From positions 13,888,001 through 13,952,000 of the forward strand of contig NC_135260.1 in NCBI RefSeq assembly GCF_964204865.1: DNA of 64,000 nt, written 5' to 3'. The position numbers and the translations under genes were made by a program. How positions within the stretch are numbered: position 1 is the stretch's first letter; each line of letters begins with the position of its first letter. The notes under the pieces were generated by a model. The model searched no databases, was not told the origin of the DNA, and saw nothing but the letters and a program-made list of their open reading frames with translations. This document shows positions 48,199 through 61,629 of the stretch, one piece after another. The DNA comes from Styela clava (Eukaryota).

Positions 48199-49209
48199 AT
48201 TGTAATTGTTTGAAATCTTTAGATGTGTTGATGAGAGTACTGTACAAGTCGATGTGTGAGTGCGTTGAAAAATTTTTTCAGGTTCACTGTTATTAATTCT
48301 GCTTTTTTGTTATTTGAATATAGAATGAGTAAGGTTCAAGTTATTGCAGCTGTCAGTGGGCTTATAAAAAAAAGTATACACTGTGGACGAAGAAGTCGTA
48401 CAATGAGCAGCCGGTTGGAGAATGATGTACGTATATTGTTATATGTTGCGGGCCTAAATATAGGACATGTCTTCACCTTTTTAACGACGCATTAGCAGTT
48501 TTTCAAGAGATGGTAGACGTCGCTGTTCAAGAGTGGAAAATGTCCGGTAGTATACTATATATTTTATATTTGCTAATTGAGGCTTGTGTGCAACTTTTAT
48601 GCAGTTTTGTTCAACCCACATAAAGCAAATCATTGGACAATGATACAAAACATATTGCTGGCAATGTAAAAATATATTGCATCTCACAACCTGCAAAATT
48701 TCTGGAATTGTCCTGTGGAGTCACTTGGAATAGCCCATCTTGGTTTTCCTATTTTGGATTATTCGGTCAATCACAAGTAAAAGACAAGTTAAGACAGAAA
48801 AGAACAGTATATATATAAATCTATAAGATACTGTAGAATTGTGATGATCAAGTTGGCAATAATATATCAAAGTGTGTATTCGTTGTTGGAAGAGAGGATC
48901 AGGCAATCGCAGAAATTCGCTGTGATAGAGATCAATATAAGGTCCTATTTGCCTTCATAGAACACAACGCCAAATTGGCTATATAAAATAGGATGTACAT
49001 TGATTAATGACACCTCTAAATTCCAATAATAAACAATGGGAATGAAACTATTATATATATATATTACAACGTGAAGTAAAAGAAGGCGTTTTCAAGCAGA
49101 AATAGATAACAAAAAAAATTTGGCTGATACAGTGGGTTTGAGCAATAAAATACATTGACGCAAGAGAAATTTGTGGAAATTTTGCGGATGGCACTTTTTC
49201 TTCCTTGGT

Positions 49210-52200
49210 TTACCAGAGTATCTTGGTGGTGTCCGCCAATTCCGCAACCGTATTTACAGTTGTATAATTAAGTTTTTCCAGAACTTTCTCGCATATTTTC
49301 TGAATTCCTGAGACGGTACTAAATGACATCGAATTCCTCCACTTCTGTACGGTAGTCGAAGGATCTCTAATCGTTCCATAAGGATTTCGTAGTTGTTTCT
49401 CAAGTGTTATGAAACTCTTCAGCACAGCGTTCCTGTTCTAAAATTAAATAATGATTTCAAGCATAGTCAGGAAAGGATTTTGGAGTTATTTTAGTTCGCC
49501 ATTATAAAATGATACATAAACTCAATGACATATTTTATCGGGAAATGAATAATTTTGTTTTCTATCCAAGATATCAACAGAGGCAGGAAGAATCAAGTTG
49601 GGTACTTGTCGGTGACGATTTAGCAAAGTGAACAATTAGGATAATTTACCGATTCTCCCTCTTTTAACTTCTTTTCTATTTCGACTAGTTTCTTGTGCGG
49701 TTGAATTGTTGACATTTTTAGCCAACCTTCAACTTCTGCTGGTAATTCTAGTCCAAGGAATCTAAAAATATACCTATTTTATAATCTATCTGTGATTTAC
49801 GCCGGTTATAGGTGTGAATCCACAAATATGGAAGAAAATTTTAAGTCAAAACAAGACGCTGCCAATAAAATACTTTAAGGATTTAAAATATAAATAAATC
49901 AGATAGTTTTTCGCTCTAATGTAAATATTTATAATTATATATGTAAAAATTTCCCGAGACAAGCAGGCTTGCATAAAGGGGATTGGCATAAAAGGCAACG
50001 TACATTCATAAATACCACTGGGTTATATGTACCTTTCGTGATTGGAACGACGAAGCCAAGAGTTCATTTAGAATGTACTTCAAAGATCTACACATGTTCA
50101 TGAATATTGATCGGCGTTTCTAAGGCACCGTTTCAATTCTGAGATCAAGGTTACACTAGTAGTTCGTTGTATATATACATTTAACAACGCAGCAAAATAG
50201 TGAAGGGAGAAACCCAAGGGAACAAGTTAATTAGGTTTTGAAGTAACGTTGGCGTTGAATAATCTAATAATATACGTATGTTGGCAATTTTTTAGCAAAG
50301 ATTGACATTTAGTTATACTAATTTCATCAACATTCTCTCCTCGTGTTGAGTGTAACTACATGATTATCGACGTTGCCTTAATGAGAAATACTTGTCAACA
50401 CGCAGACACCCAAAACGTTGTTGTTGGGATATAAGCAGTAGTGGGATTCAGCCGGTTCTATAGACCCGTCTCACGGAATTTTATGAGATCAGCGAACCGG
50501 TTAGCATTACATGACTTTTTGTAACAGAACCGCCTGAAAATATATATGACATTTGTGTGATGGAACCGGCTGACAAAAATTTTGAATCCCACCACTGGAT
50601 ATAAGGGATGGAAAGTCGCCATTATTTTAGTCATTGAGTTCGGATTCAATTATCCAGTTTATCAAAAACGAATAACAACGAGCGGAACCGAATAAGATAG
50701 GCACGGCGACATTAAATTGATGCAATATATGTAAAGAACCCATATGATCGCGTCATTGCTTAATGGATTCGACCGTCCTTGGTAAACGAAGGCTGAATTA
50801 TGCACAAAAAACTATCACTGGTATATGATTGAAATTGTTTTTTTTTATACGAATTATCGTACGTTGGCACTCATACAATGTTCTTGAATGATTAATCACA
50901 GGCGTTTGTCTGTTCTGCGCCAGGGCCTGAACTGACTCACAATTTGTTGGGTGCAAAAGTTCTTAGCTTGGTGTTTGAAATTTTTATCTTTTCATACCAT
51001 TTCCAACGATATATATACTATAAACAAATGTGTGAATTCAACATCCACGCATCAAGTTGAGTTTCAGTAAAATTGAGTGTCTTGTTTCAAAAATTCCTAT
51101 CTAATTTGAAAAGTTCATGTCATAAAATACTGTGTTCATGTTATGTAACAAATGCATTCTCAAATCACTTCTAATTGTGGCCAACTTCAAAATTCTGAAC
51201 GACATAAATATATATACACTTACGAACACTGCGCCGCATAAAATATTTTCCATTTAAAATTTGAACACTTTTAAGATTTCTATACTTACCCATAAATTTT
51301 ACTCGCGGTAGATATCGGTTCCATTGAAGCATCTTCGTATCGAATTCTGAGATATTTCTCGTCTCTAATCAACAATGGTGGATCTGAATAGTTTTAAACT
51401 TGTTTATTTCAATTTTTAGTTCCAAGTATTCAAATTCGAAAAATCCATTTTATCAATCAACTTCTGGTATCTATCAAATGAAAACAAAAATGTCAGAAGT
51501 TGGGTTTTTTAGAAATTACCATCAACGTTTTATATAATAGATAAAGAAGACGAAGACGTCATATTTTTCTAGTTATATACATTGACATTATGAAAGTTTG
51601 ACAAACACACATATTACGTTATTGTAATATATCGTTATTTTGCTTATTGGTCACGAGAATTAGCATCATGATCTTGTCATTAAGATTATCACATCGAATT
51701 TGATTATTGGATCAAATAATCACGACCGTGTATTCAGCTATATTGAGACATTGAATATTTTCGGTACAAAAAAGCATTATTATATAAATAGTCCATTTTG
51801 TAATAAGTTGTAACAAAATAATGACTATTTTGCATGGGAACTGGAACGTTCTATTCACAACACGGATTCGAAACCACACATTGACATAAACTTTACTTAT
51901 GCGAATTCAAATGAGTGCCACAGACGTTTGTATCTCAATATAGTTTTAAGTCCGAGGCACTTTTGTTCGTAATCGTCAGAATATCATTAGGTATTTTCGA
52001 AAAACAACTTTTGCATAACTTAAAATAGTAATCTACGTTCCTAAAGTATCCTTACATTTTATGAATACAAATTCACCAGCGCAAAAACATTGAGTGGAAA
52101 ATTAGGTAGTTGGCCCCGCTGCCCCAATCGATAGCAGTATAAGTACTTTCTTGAATATGAATTCTTGATTTAAGTGTATTATATAATATTACCCGTAGTG

Positions 52201-52997
52201 CCGTTGATGTATTCCAAGTTTCTATGAATTCTGGAACACAGTTCACCCGCTTTTTGCAAAGCATTCGACTCTTTCAATTCTAGTTTTAGTTTCGAGGAAA
52301 TAATAGCTCGCGGGTCACGCAGAAGATGAATGACGTATACATCTTTTCCTCGCTTTTTGAAGTCTTTGTAGATTTCTTCGATATCTTTCAGAGAACATAT
52401 CCTGAGCACCTTGAAGGCAACAACTTCAGTCTGAGAACAAATCGTTGAAATTACGTCTGCTCGCAATGGAAATTCGCATTTTTGTGCAATCGATAAAAAG
52501 GTGGAACTTTTACAGAATTGCTTGTATCGAATACTCAAAGCGTCTGATCGGGAGGCAAAACATGCATTGTTTATGACACACCCGGACACTGTATCGCTTG
52601 CTTTTGTGAAGTTTCTGGCCAATTTGAATGCACTTGCACTGTCTGAAAATTGACAGTTCATCATTTTCTTCAAAGTTTCGAGTCTTTCCTCGTTGAAAAA
52701 GTGACAGTGTGGTGTGTATGGGAACAAAGGCTCATAGAGGTAGAAAGCGTTTGTATTCTTATTGAACATTTCTCCCATGAAGGTAGAACCTGACCTTTGG
52801 TTGCCGTATAATATCACAATTTTCTGAGGTTTTTGAGCATTTGAAACAGACATTAGTTTTCTTATTTGGGACGTGACAGGGAAATATTGTTTCACGTCAA
52901 TCTTCGTATACCCCATACCGTGGAATGCATAAAATACTATTGGTGTCATTAAACCCATTAGGAATATTCTCCGCCTCGCAAATCTGTTTACAGACAT
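49210..52997 (-). CDS. Carbohydrate 6-O-sulfotransferase, CHST1/3/4/5/6 family (copy A, about 412 aa)
   Basis: Exons 52997-52193, 51383-51290, 49761-49650, 49437-49210 join in frame; N-terminal TM anchor, 5'-PSB QRSGSTFMGEMF, YLYEPL, 3'-PB HLLRDPRAIISS, YLRIRYED, TIRDP....KWR. Confidence 0.9.
50436..50597. mobile_element. hAT MITE in a sulfotransferase intron
   Basis: TIRs cagtagtgggattca / tgaatcccaccactg (14/15); perfect 8-bp TSD gatataag; internal gaaccgg repeats. Confidence 0.9.
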
Positions 52998-55900
52998 TTT
53001 ATCGTTCTACAGTTCTAAAAATCGGTATGTACTTTAATTAGAATTTCGATAACCAAATGAAAATAAATTAAAACTAAGATTTAATATTAAATGCAGAACC
53101 ACGCGTTATATGCCCACTTATACTTATTGGATATTCTTAGTAGTAGTAGTTCATTAATTTGTTGTTTTCAGAGCAGTGTGCAAATGAGGTAAACATTTAA
53201 CTAAAGTGTAAAGCTGAAAGTATTTGCGGTTGCCGTATTTGGCGATACCAACCTACCATCATCAAAGATAAAAAGTTTAAATGAACGTTCTGTTCGCGTT
53301 ATTCACAATAAAAAGCATCACATCATGCATGTGGTATCGTGAGCTGTCTATTGCTTGTCGTGCTCTTTACTCAGCGCATCCTGTGAATTTTGAAATACAA
53401 CAGAATTTTTTATTAACTACCGTATATCCGATATCTAAAAAAAATTTCTATTATATATAGCTGACTGTCAATTTCAAGAAAAATATATGGATGGTCTATA
53501 TATATATATACCAAAGACGTCTGTTTTTTTTTAATTTTGTTTAGTCCAAATGCGACATGACTGAGGCAATATAATTTTGCCTTTCTTTCCAAGAATAAGA
53601 TAAATAGAATGCTGTGATAGAAGCTCACTCATATAACTAACGTAAATGTAAAAGCAAAATATCAAATTCAGATACGAGACAGACGGGTACTCGTATGATA
53701 GTTTGCCACGATATTCACGGTAATGTTTTTGCTGCAATTGATCTACATAATCTCACAACCTGATTAATTAGTTCGAATTTTGCTCTAGACTTGTTAAGTG
53801 TTGCTGCATTCTGGCGACTGGGCAATTATTCTATATCGATGTCGTATGACAAAACTTTTCCTTGAACGTTATACTGTGTAATCCGTATTCTAACTCCCAG
53901 GTATTTCAACCAAAATCTATCTAATATATCCGATGACCTCGCTATGCTGAACTTGAATAAAAATATTGGCAATGTTCAACTTCTATTCCAACATCGAGAC
54001 AACCTTCACCTCTTATAATAGTTTTTATAGCCACCGTCCTCCTTTTCTCGACTGTTTTGGAATGATAATATTTGATTTGGTTTAGTGCAACTCGAAAACA
54101 AATTCATTGGTTTGACACGAAGTGAACCTATACAACATTTCGCCAGTTTGTTGTTGTTTTTGTATAGATCTTTAAGAAATCACATTCCTTCGCCACCAAT
54201 GAGCCAAGCAATTTCAAATTTTCAGTATCTAAAGATGAAAGAAATCGCCAGATATCTAATGCTAAAATTGTTAATGTTTTTTATAATTTCAATGCACGCG
54301 TTAACATGACCTTCAGTGCAATTCTGTTACCATTTCATTAACATTCTGTACAATCTTTTTAACATTTGGCGGGATTATTGATGGCATTAGGGCGACAATA
54401 TTAGTCATTTGACCTTCATATATTTGAGAATTACAACTTTTTTGTATTCTTGCGCGGATTTCGGAACGGCAATTTGGTGAAAATGTGAAAGCATTAAACA
54501 TTTTATGTTGAAAATGAGAACTAATATGAAAATTTTGTTTTTATATCCACTACGAAACAGCACAAAGTTTTTTTGTGTACCATATCAACTTATATAAACG
54601 ACCTTAATCTCATACAAACAAAGTATTTTGACCTCGCTTACGTTATAAGAAGACGGGAGTTTGATTTTCACTAAGAAAACAAAGTGGACTAAAATTTATT
54701 GTAATAACCCTTGACAAAAACCACAAAATCTTCTTAATTTGTATTAGTCACTTTCTTTGAACTATAAAACACAATAGTGAAAAACCGTATACTTGCGTAC
54801 TTGAGTAAACAGAATTCAACTTAAGGCAAAAATGGGCACATTGTTTAAATTCATCTCTTGAACCCTCGTTAGCCTTTGATATCGACTGAAAAACTAGACC
54901 CCACATATGATATAAGGAATCAAGGGCCCTCTCAAGTACTGAACTTACCTGGTAAACGATTATAGAAGCCTGGGATGTACACAGACTTCATCTTCCATTG
55001 AACAATATAAAATTGCTCAATCGATTAAATCTTGCGGAAAGCTGTTTTTACAGTCAAGGGTTCTGTTGTGCTATATTTATGGAATCGAATAAATTTTCGA
55101 GACGGCATCGCACACTATTCACAAATTTGTATATTTACCGCGTTGTGCGTATCATAGACCAATCTCTAGATGACTAACTTAAACTGTCTTATATTATAGC
55201 GTAGATACGCAGATTTAAAGTACCAATTTATTACGATGTTCATTAAGTTTCAATACTATGAAATTCATTTAATTTCACTGCTGTTTGTGAAGTAAATGAA
55301 TACGGTATCACCTGGTAAAAAGGTCATACGATGCCACGTTAAAACAGACAATTTCCATTAATCAAGGTAATAATATATTTTCATGACGCGCACGACTTGG
55401 CTATGCAAAACTATAAAATTTGTTCATACGGGAAGTTAAGATTCTGATTGGTACTCGTCTGTATACTTTTATTGACGGCTTTGATTGATCTACGAGTCTT
55501 TTACCGCTGTTTTACACCACGTTTCCATAATGGCTGATGGGACATTTTTGTAAATTCAAAAATATATTTTGTTCTGGAGATATGGACGCACAATGTCGGT
55601 CGTAACCTCACTATCAATTTAGAACCTGATTCCTATTTAAGCTCTTAATTCAACATATAGAGATAATACTTGCTTAACTGTATATGGCTTTGATGTTGTC
55701 AGTGGATTATAACGTAAATACCAACTGATAAAAAATCAAAAGTCGGTATTTGATACCGCAATAAAATATTGATACATAATCGAAGATGATGGTTCTGACA
55801 TTTAAATTAGTAACAAAATTGTCTAGTAAGATCACCACGTGAAATCTCAGTTGTGCACAATGAATGCCAAAAATTCCACCATTACATTTTAATTTAAGTT

Positions 55901-57685
55901 TAATTAATAGTTTATATTACTCCAAACTTACTGCACTGGTACGAATAATGGAATAAGGCGTAAGAACCATGCTGCTTTCCGTCAGCTTTGCAATGTAAAA
56001 AAAACTGTACATTGCATGCGCTACCAAACGAGTATAAATGATTTATATTATTAGACTTCCGATCTCATGTGCAAAACATCTCGTAATTTAATTTTCGCTC
56101 CTCTTTCTGTAAAATCTATCTCACAGGACAGAACCGACCGAAAGTGAAATCTATTACCGTGTGTTATGATCTACTCGTCAATAACGTTCTGGCAAGTAAT
56201 CAAAGAAAACGTTCGTGAAAGCTCTTCCTGTCATTAATGGGCGCGAGGATTATATTGCTCAGCGCTCTATTCAATATACTGCCTCATCCTCGCATTGCGA
56301 TGCTCTACGGCGACTTGCCAATTCACTGTCGCAAATAATGAAACTTGCCATACATTGGCCAGAAATGGAGTGTCTGAGAGTGATCGCTTTATTGTCGATG
56401 CAAGCTTGATTCAACTGTGATTGGAACTAGGGTAAAAGAGCAGCTAAAAGGAACTTCCGTTTGGCAGGCTGCTGTCACGTCTCTGGTTTTCACTATCTCT
56501 TAAGGGAATAGAATATTATCACTTTATTTTTGCTTACAATTAAAAGCGTTAAATGTTCTGTCATATTGTTTGACTAAGCATGATCGAAGATACGTGGTTA
56601 TGAATTTATAAAACGTGTTATACGATACATCCCATACGCGCGGAAAATACCCATTGTATTCGAAAAATAAACTTTACGTCCGGAATTCAAACCAATGGAC
56701 ATAAAATAGATGGCAGCGGGTAAATTGCAAAAGGTTAAAGCAAAAAATATCTCATATTATGTGTTATTACTCCAGGCTGAATTCTTATACAAAAGCTCCT
56801 TTTGATTTTATCTAATCATCTTCCAAAAACTCATTTTTAGTTTATTGAATTCTTCTTCTCTCACAACCTTTCATCATGATTTTACAGATTTATTGTACTG
56901 AGATAACTTATAAATTATGAAAATATTCCAAAGTGATTGTTGGAAAACGAACTGTGTTTATTTAGCAGTAAATACTGAAATGATGCCATGCGCGTTGGTC
57001 ACTCAGAGAGAGCGACAGCAACTTTCGCAATTTCCATTGAAGAGTCGGTAATGGACAAGTACACAAGATGCAATGATAAATCGGTAAACTTTCTGTAAAA
57101 TGTCGAGCGTTACAGGAAAATCATTTTAATGAAGTATATTACTTTTTTTATACAGAAGAACATAGACTGTCAAACTGGACCGTACTCATGCGAAAGTAGA
57201 GCATTTCGAGATTGAATGATTGCGAGAGTGTAGTTTTGCGAGAATGAGCTGTCGCAAGAAATAAATTAGTGATATAGCGATTGCTATTCGGTTATGACCT
57301 CCCCGCTATAGTCAAGCCGATGCAGAGGATTGGTGATCCAACTATTTCCATATCCTATAGCTGAACTGGTTGGTTATATGATATCAAATCGGATTTCATG
57401 TCTCCCGAGATAGTTATAAATATCCCAAGTCTCAATCATAAAAATCTTGATGGTCTTCTAAATACAAAACTCAAGCACACAGGAATTTTCGTTTTTAGCA
57501 GAGACAATGGGACATGCACAATGCTGACATCATTGTTATTCGTATTCAAAGATAGAGAGAGATCCCAGTCACAGGAACCTTGGCACAAAGGCGCCATCCA
57601 AGTATGCCGAGATCTATATAGTTTCATAATATTATTATTATCTATATTCTATACCATCATCATTTGTTCATTTTTGACGATTCTG

Positions 57686-59910
57686 TTAAAAATATGTCTT
57701 TGTTAAATTAACCATATCAAGTTTTGAATTGAACATCTTATATCTAAGCATTTCAAAAACATTTGCGCATTTTTCTTGAACAAGCTGAGCAACAGAATAC
57801 GGCAGAGTTATTCTCCATTTTGTCAACACTTCTTTTGCGTCTCTTGTTGTTCCGAACGGGTTGTTCATTTGATGTAAAATCTCTTTGCTTCTAGTGTAGT
57901 TTCTTATTTCTTTCTGTGAGGTTATTCATAAAATTAATAAGAACAAATTTATACAAAATCTAAAAACAAATGATTCAGTTATATTTGATATATGTTTGAT
58001 GTATGCGTGTATGAACGTAACGATATGATACAATTGGGAAATCGCGAGTCTTAGAAATCACAGAGAGTGAATTTGGACAAAGCCTATACAATTGATTTCC
58101 TCAACGTTGTTTTAATGTGATTCCAACATTCTCTTATTGAAAACATTTCAAAGTTTTTCAAAACTAAATCTTTGGTCTTGAACCGGATCAAAAATGATCA
58201 ATCATTATTTATGAATTTCCCCGTCCAACTATGTAATATTGATTGCATTTTGTTTGGTACCTTCACCACCTGAACAAACACTAGGACCTAAATGAAAGCC
58301 GGTTTCAGCATCATACTAGACACCAATTCTATTACCTTTTCTAGAAGCGCCTTTTCGTCTTCTCTCCTAATCCTGTCCAAAATGCGATTCATACTTTGGT
58401 GGGATTTTGAAATGAATCTTTCAACTTCCTCGCTCATCGGCTTCCCAATAAATCTGAGTATAAAAAGATAAATATGAAAACATATGATTAATAATATGAA
58501 CATTATATGAAATATTTTTTTCAATTCTTTTCGTCAACGACATTGTGCTTGTTTTTATTATGCGCGGGAAACTCCTCTCCACACATACGTTTTAGATTCC
58601 AAACTCAAACCAGGGTATAGTAACATGATTGACTGTACTTCTCAATCTAACATTGGGGCTGTGATAAGTTGGACATACAATGCTGAATGAACTACATCAG
58701 AAGCCTCATTAAGTCCTTTTTATATTTCAGCGTACATCATTTGCAACTTTCTACGACATAATAATGAAAACATATCTGAACCTGTATATTTTTTCAGCAG
58801 TTTCGAATGGATTCACAGTGAAGTCTTCGTGCCTAATTCTCAGGTATCTTCCATCCGAAATTATATTTGAACCGGTATCTGTAAAATATATCAAGTTAAC
58901 AACGTCCGAAATAATATTATGATATGACAGTAAATGATTTTTTCATCTGAAATTTTAAGACAGAGTCAATGGAATAGGTATGACAATGATGACCTTTCAT
59001 TTTTCATCTTACCTGCTTCTAGTCGACTGACATATTTCATATTTCTGTTGTATCTGTCACACAAAATATTTGTCTCCGCCGAAGCGTTATGAAGTCGGAT
59101 TCCATCCACTTTCAAATTTACTCTTGATGCAACCACTGCTCTTGGATCTCGAACGAGATGAACAACAAAAAGTTTAACACCTTTATCTTGCAAAGTCTTA
59201 TAAATTAATTCGATATTCTCGATGGTGCATAGGCGAATGATTTTATATGCTACTATGTCGCTTGTTTTACATATTTGCCCAAGTATTGTCGTATTTAGAG
59301 GATAACCACATGCTGGAGATTCTGGGTCAAACTTCAAGTTTCCATCTTGCGTCAGTTTATCCACGTTCTCGTCTTTCTCATACTCGCATATTTTTGCATA
59401 GTTTTTCAGCAACGGTTGATGGCTAGTTTCAAAACAAATGTTGTTTTTCATACATTCTGCATCCTTATCAGTAAATTTAGTTCTATCAAATGCGTTCACA
59501 TACGCTTGTTTCAAGTTATCAAAATTGCATTGTAGAAAATCGTTCAACAAATCCACTCTTTCTATTTCCAAATATTTACATTGCTTGGTGAATGGAAATA
59601 ATGGTTCGAAGAGATAAAACGCTTTAGGATTTTGGTTGAAGATTTCACCAACAAACGTTGATCCAGATCTCTGATTTGCAATTAAAAGAACAACAGTTTT
59701 TTCCTGCATCGGAGGACCGGTGTTATTTATCCATGATATTTCCTCTCTCAATTCCTGCCGGATTATCAATTGTTGAGTCGGATTCACCGAGGAAGTTTTC
59801 ATCATATTTCTCCACGTTAGACATATTGTAATAGCGGCGACAAGGACATATATCACTCGGTTAGTTCTCCATATTTCCCAGTGGATGATTCTTTTTGCAG
59901 TACATTTCAT
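57686..59910 (-). CDS. Carbohydrate 6-O-sulfotransferase, CHST1 family (copy B, about 446 aa)
   Basis: Exons 59910-59013, 58878-58782, 58453-58336, 57913-57686; TM anchor, NQRSGSTFVGEIF, YLFEPL, HLVRDPRAVVASR, YLRIRHED; same intron phases (1,2,0) as copy A. Confidence 0.9.
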
Positions 59911-60233
59911 ACCCGTATAAAAATTTAAATATATACAACTTCTAATCTATAGCTATGATAACCTACTATTTGCTAAGCTTACATTAGTTCGCTTGAAGCG
60001 CGTCTTTCTAGTCAGTTATAACCATCAGTTGTGCTTCTTGATTTGCCTCGGGCATAAAAGTTCACCAATATTTCGATTGGCAACGTTTAGATAGACGCAT
60101 TTATTTATATGATTTTTGGATGTGTTTTAACAGCGTTTCAATCATGTTTACTGTGTAATCATTTCCAAGACGTACACTGATTGTATAGCAATATTGAATA
60201 AATAACACAGGCCTGGTATGTATGTATTATTGG

Positions 60234-60550
60234 TAGGGATGTGCATTTTCTAATATCTGATGATTTCAGATTCGAATATTGTTGTCGAATCCAATCTCAT
60301 CTCGAATATTTGGAATATATTCAAATATATGTGACATTTTCATTGTGATGGGTCACATAAATTAGTGAAAACATTTAATCCATCACTCAGACAGTTTGCC
60401 GAGCATTCACACACAACAAGAAACAAGTTTCATCAATACCTCACAAGAACTAAAAGAGTCGTAGGTCAAAAATCTATATGTCGGCAATTCGAAATTTCTG
60501 TCTGAACCGATTCGAATAATATACTATTCGATTCGAAATGCCCAGTCCTA
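60234..60550. mobile_element. hAT-like MITE upstream of sulfotransferase B
   Basis: Ends tagggatgtgcattt / aaatgcccagtccta; flanks attattgg and attattga (7/8); internal ttcgaat repeats. Confidence 0.7.
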
Positions 60551-61629
60551 ATTATTGATCAACTGAACTATTCTATTCCATCATAACTATAGTTTAAAAG
60601 AAAATTCTTCGAAGAAATTATTTTGTCGCAATTTCTAATATAGCATAACTACAAATGATAAAACACATATTTTTTACTGGCTTACAAAAAATATGATGTG
60701 ATGCATGTTTAACAAACGGCTCTAGGTACAAATTAAAACACCAATTTAAGATACGCACAAACATGCGATCTGTAGAAATGGCAATTAAGTTATTAAATTC
60801 GCGCTTATTATGGCTGTGGCGTCTTTCAATTTAATACTCTAAATTTCATATTATATATTTGCTTGGACAACGCGATAAGGGTGTCTCATAAATGTCCTGT
60901 CCCACTTATTCTGCACTTATTCCACTTGACTCACACTTGATCGACAATTGACTCACAGTTACCACACTCGTCCCAACAAGTAGCATAAGTGTAATTAAAG
61001 TGTAAGTATATGACATTCTACAAAAGGGACAAATATGGCAAAGTGGGACATAAACAAGTAGGGCACAATAATGTTCTTCCAAACCAGTAGACTCCTATTT
61101 CAAAGTGACTGCTAGTAATAAATCTTGATTACAACGGTGCCAACAAAACATCAAGAATATATAATGCATTTTTTAAATAAAAAGAATACCGTCATAAAAA
61201 TTTGGCATCGTGTGCAAGAATGAGGAGGGGTGGCAACGCAACTACCGTGTTCCCCCGAAAATAAGACTTAGCCTGAATTTTAAAAATGATTTTAATATAA
61301 GCCTTCTCCTTAAAATAAGACCTAGTCAATAACGCGAATTATTTCAATTTTTTGACATAGTCGATAGCAAGAAATCTCTCCCACATGTTTAAAATGATTG
61401 ATAATATGTTATTTTGAATAAAAACGTGTTATTTATAAGTAATCTGATATCGGTTATCATATTTTGTATATTTGAAAATTTCGTTATTCTCTACTTTGTA
61501 GTTTTGTTTTTAATAAATGAAAATATAAGACATCCCCCGAAAGAATGGATTTCCTGAGATGTTTTCATATATCTGATAATGAGTCACTTCTAATGAGTTC
61601 TTCCACGATATAAATACAATATTTTTAAT

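Larger units (their letters stand above)
39787..48455 (+). mobile_element. Possible Sola1-like deleted DNA transposon interrupted by the LTR element
   Basis: AAAT on both flanks (39783-39786, 48456-48459; Sola1 targets AWWT); short inverted gcccgca near both ends; K/R-rich ORF 40145-40438 (MALTAAERKRRSR..) of a type common in DNA-transposon proteins. Evidence is thin. Confidence 0.3.

Noticed and set aside
53000-57680. Short ORFs between sulfotransferases A and B, including a KYLGVRI trace near 53900 (minus)
   Set aside because: No splice-consistent gene or convincing domain; at most a very old LINE fragment.
61245-61545. taccgtgttcccccgaaaataagac, a Tigger/pogo-like end (similar sequence at about 25562)
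   Set aside because: No matching opposite TIR or TSD found, so no element could be delimited.
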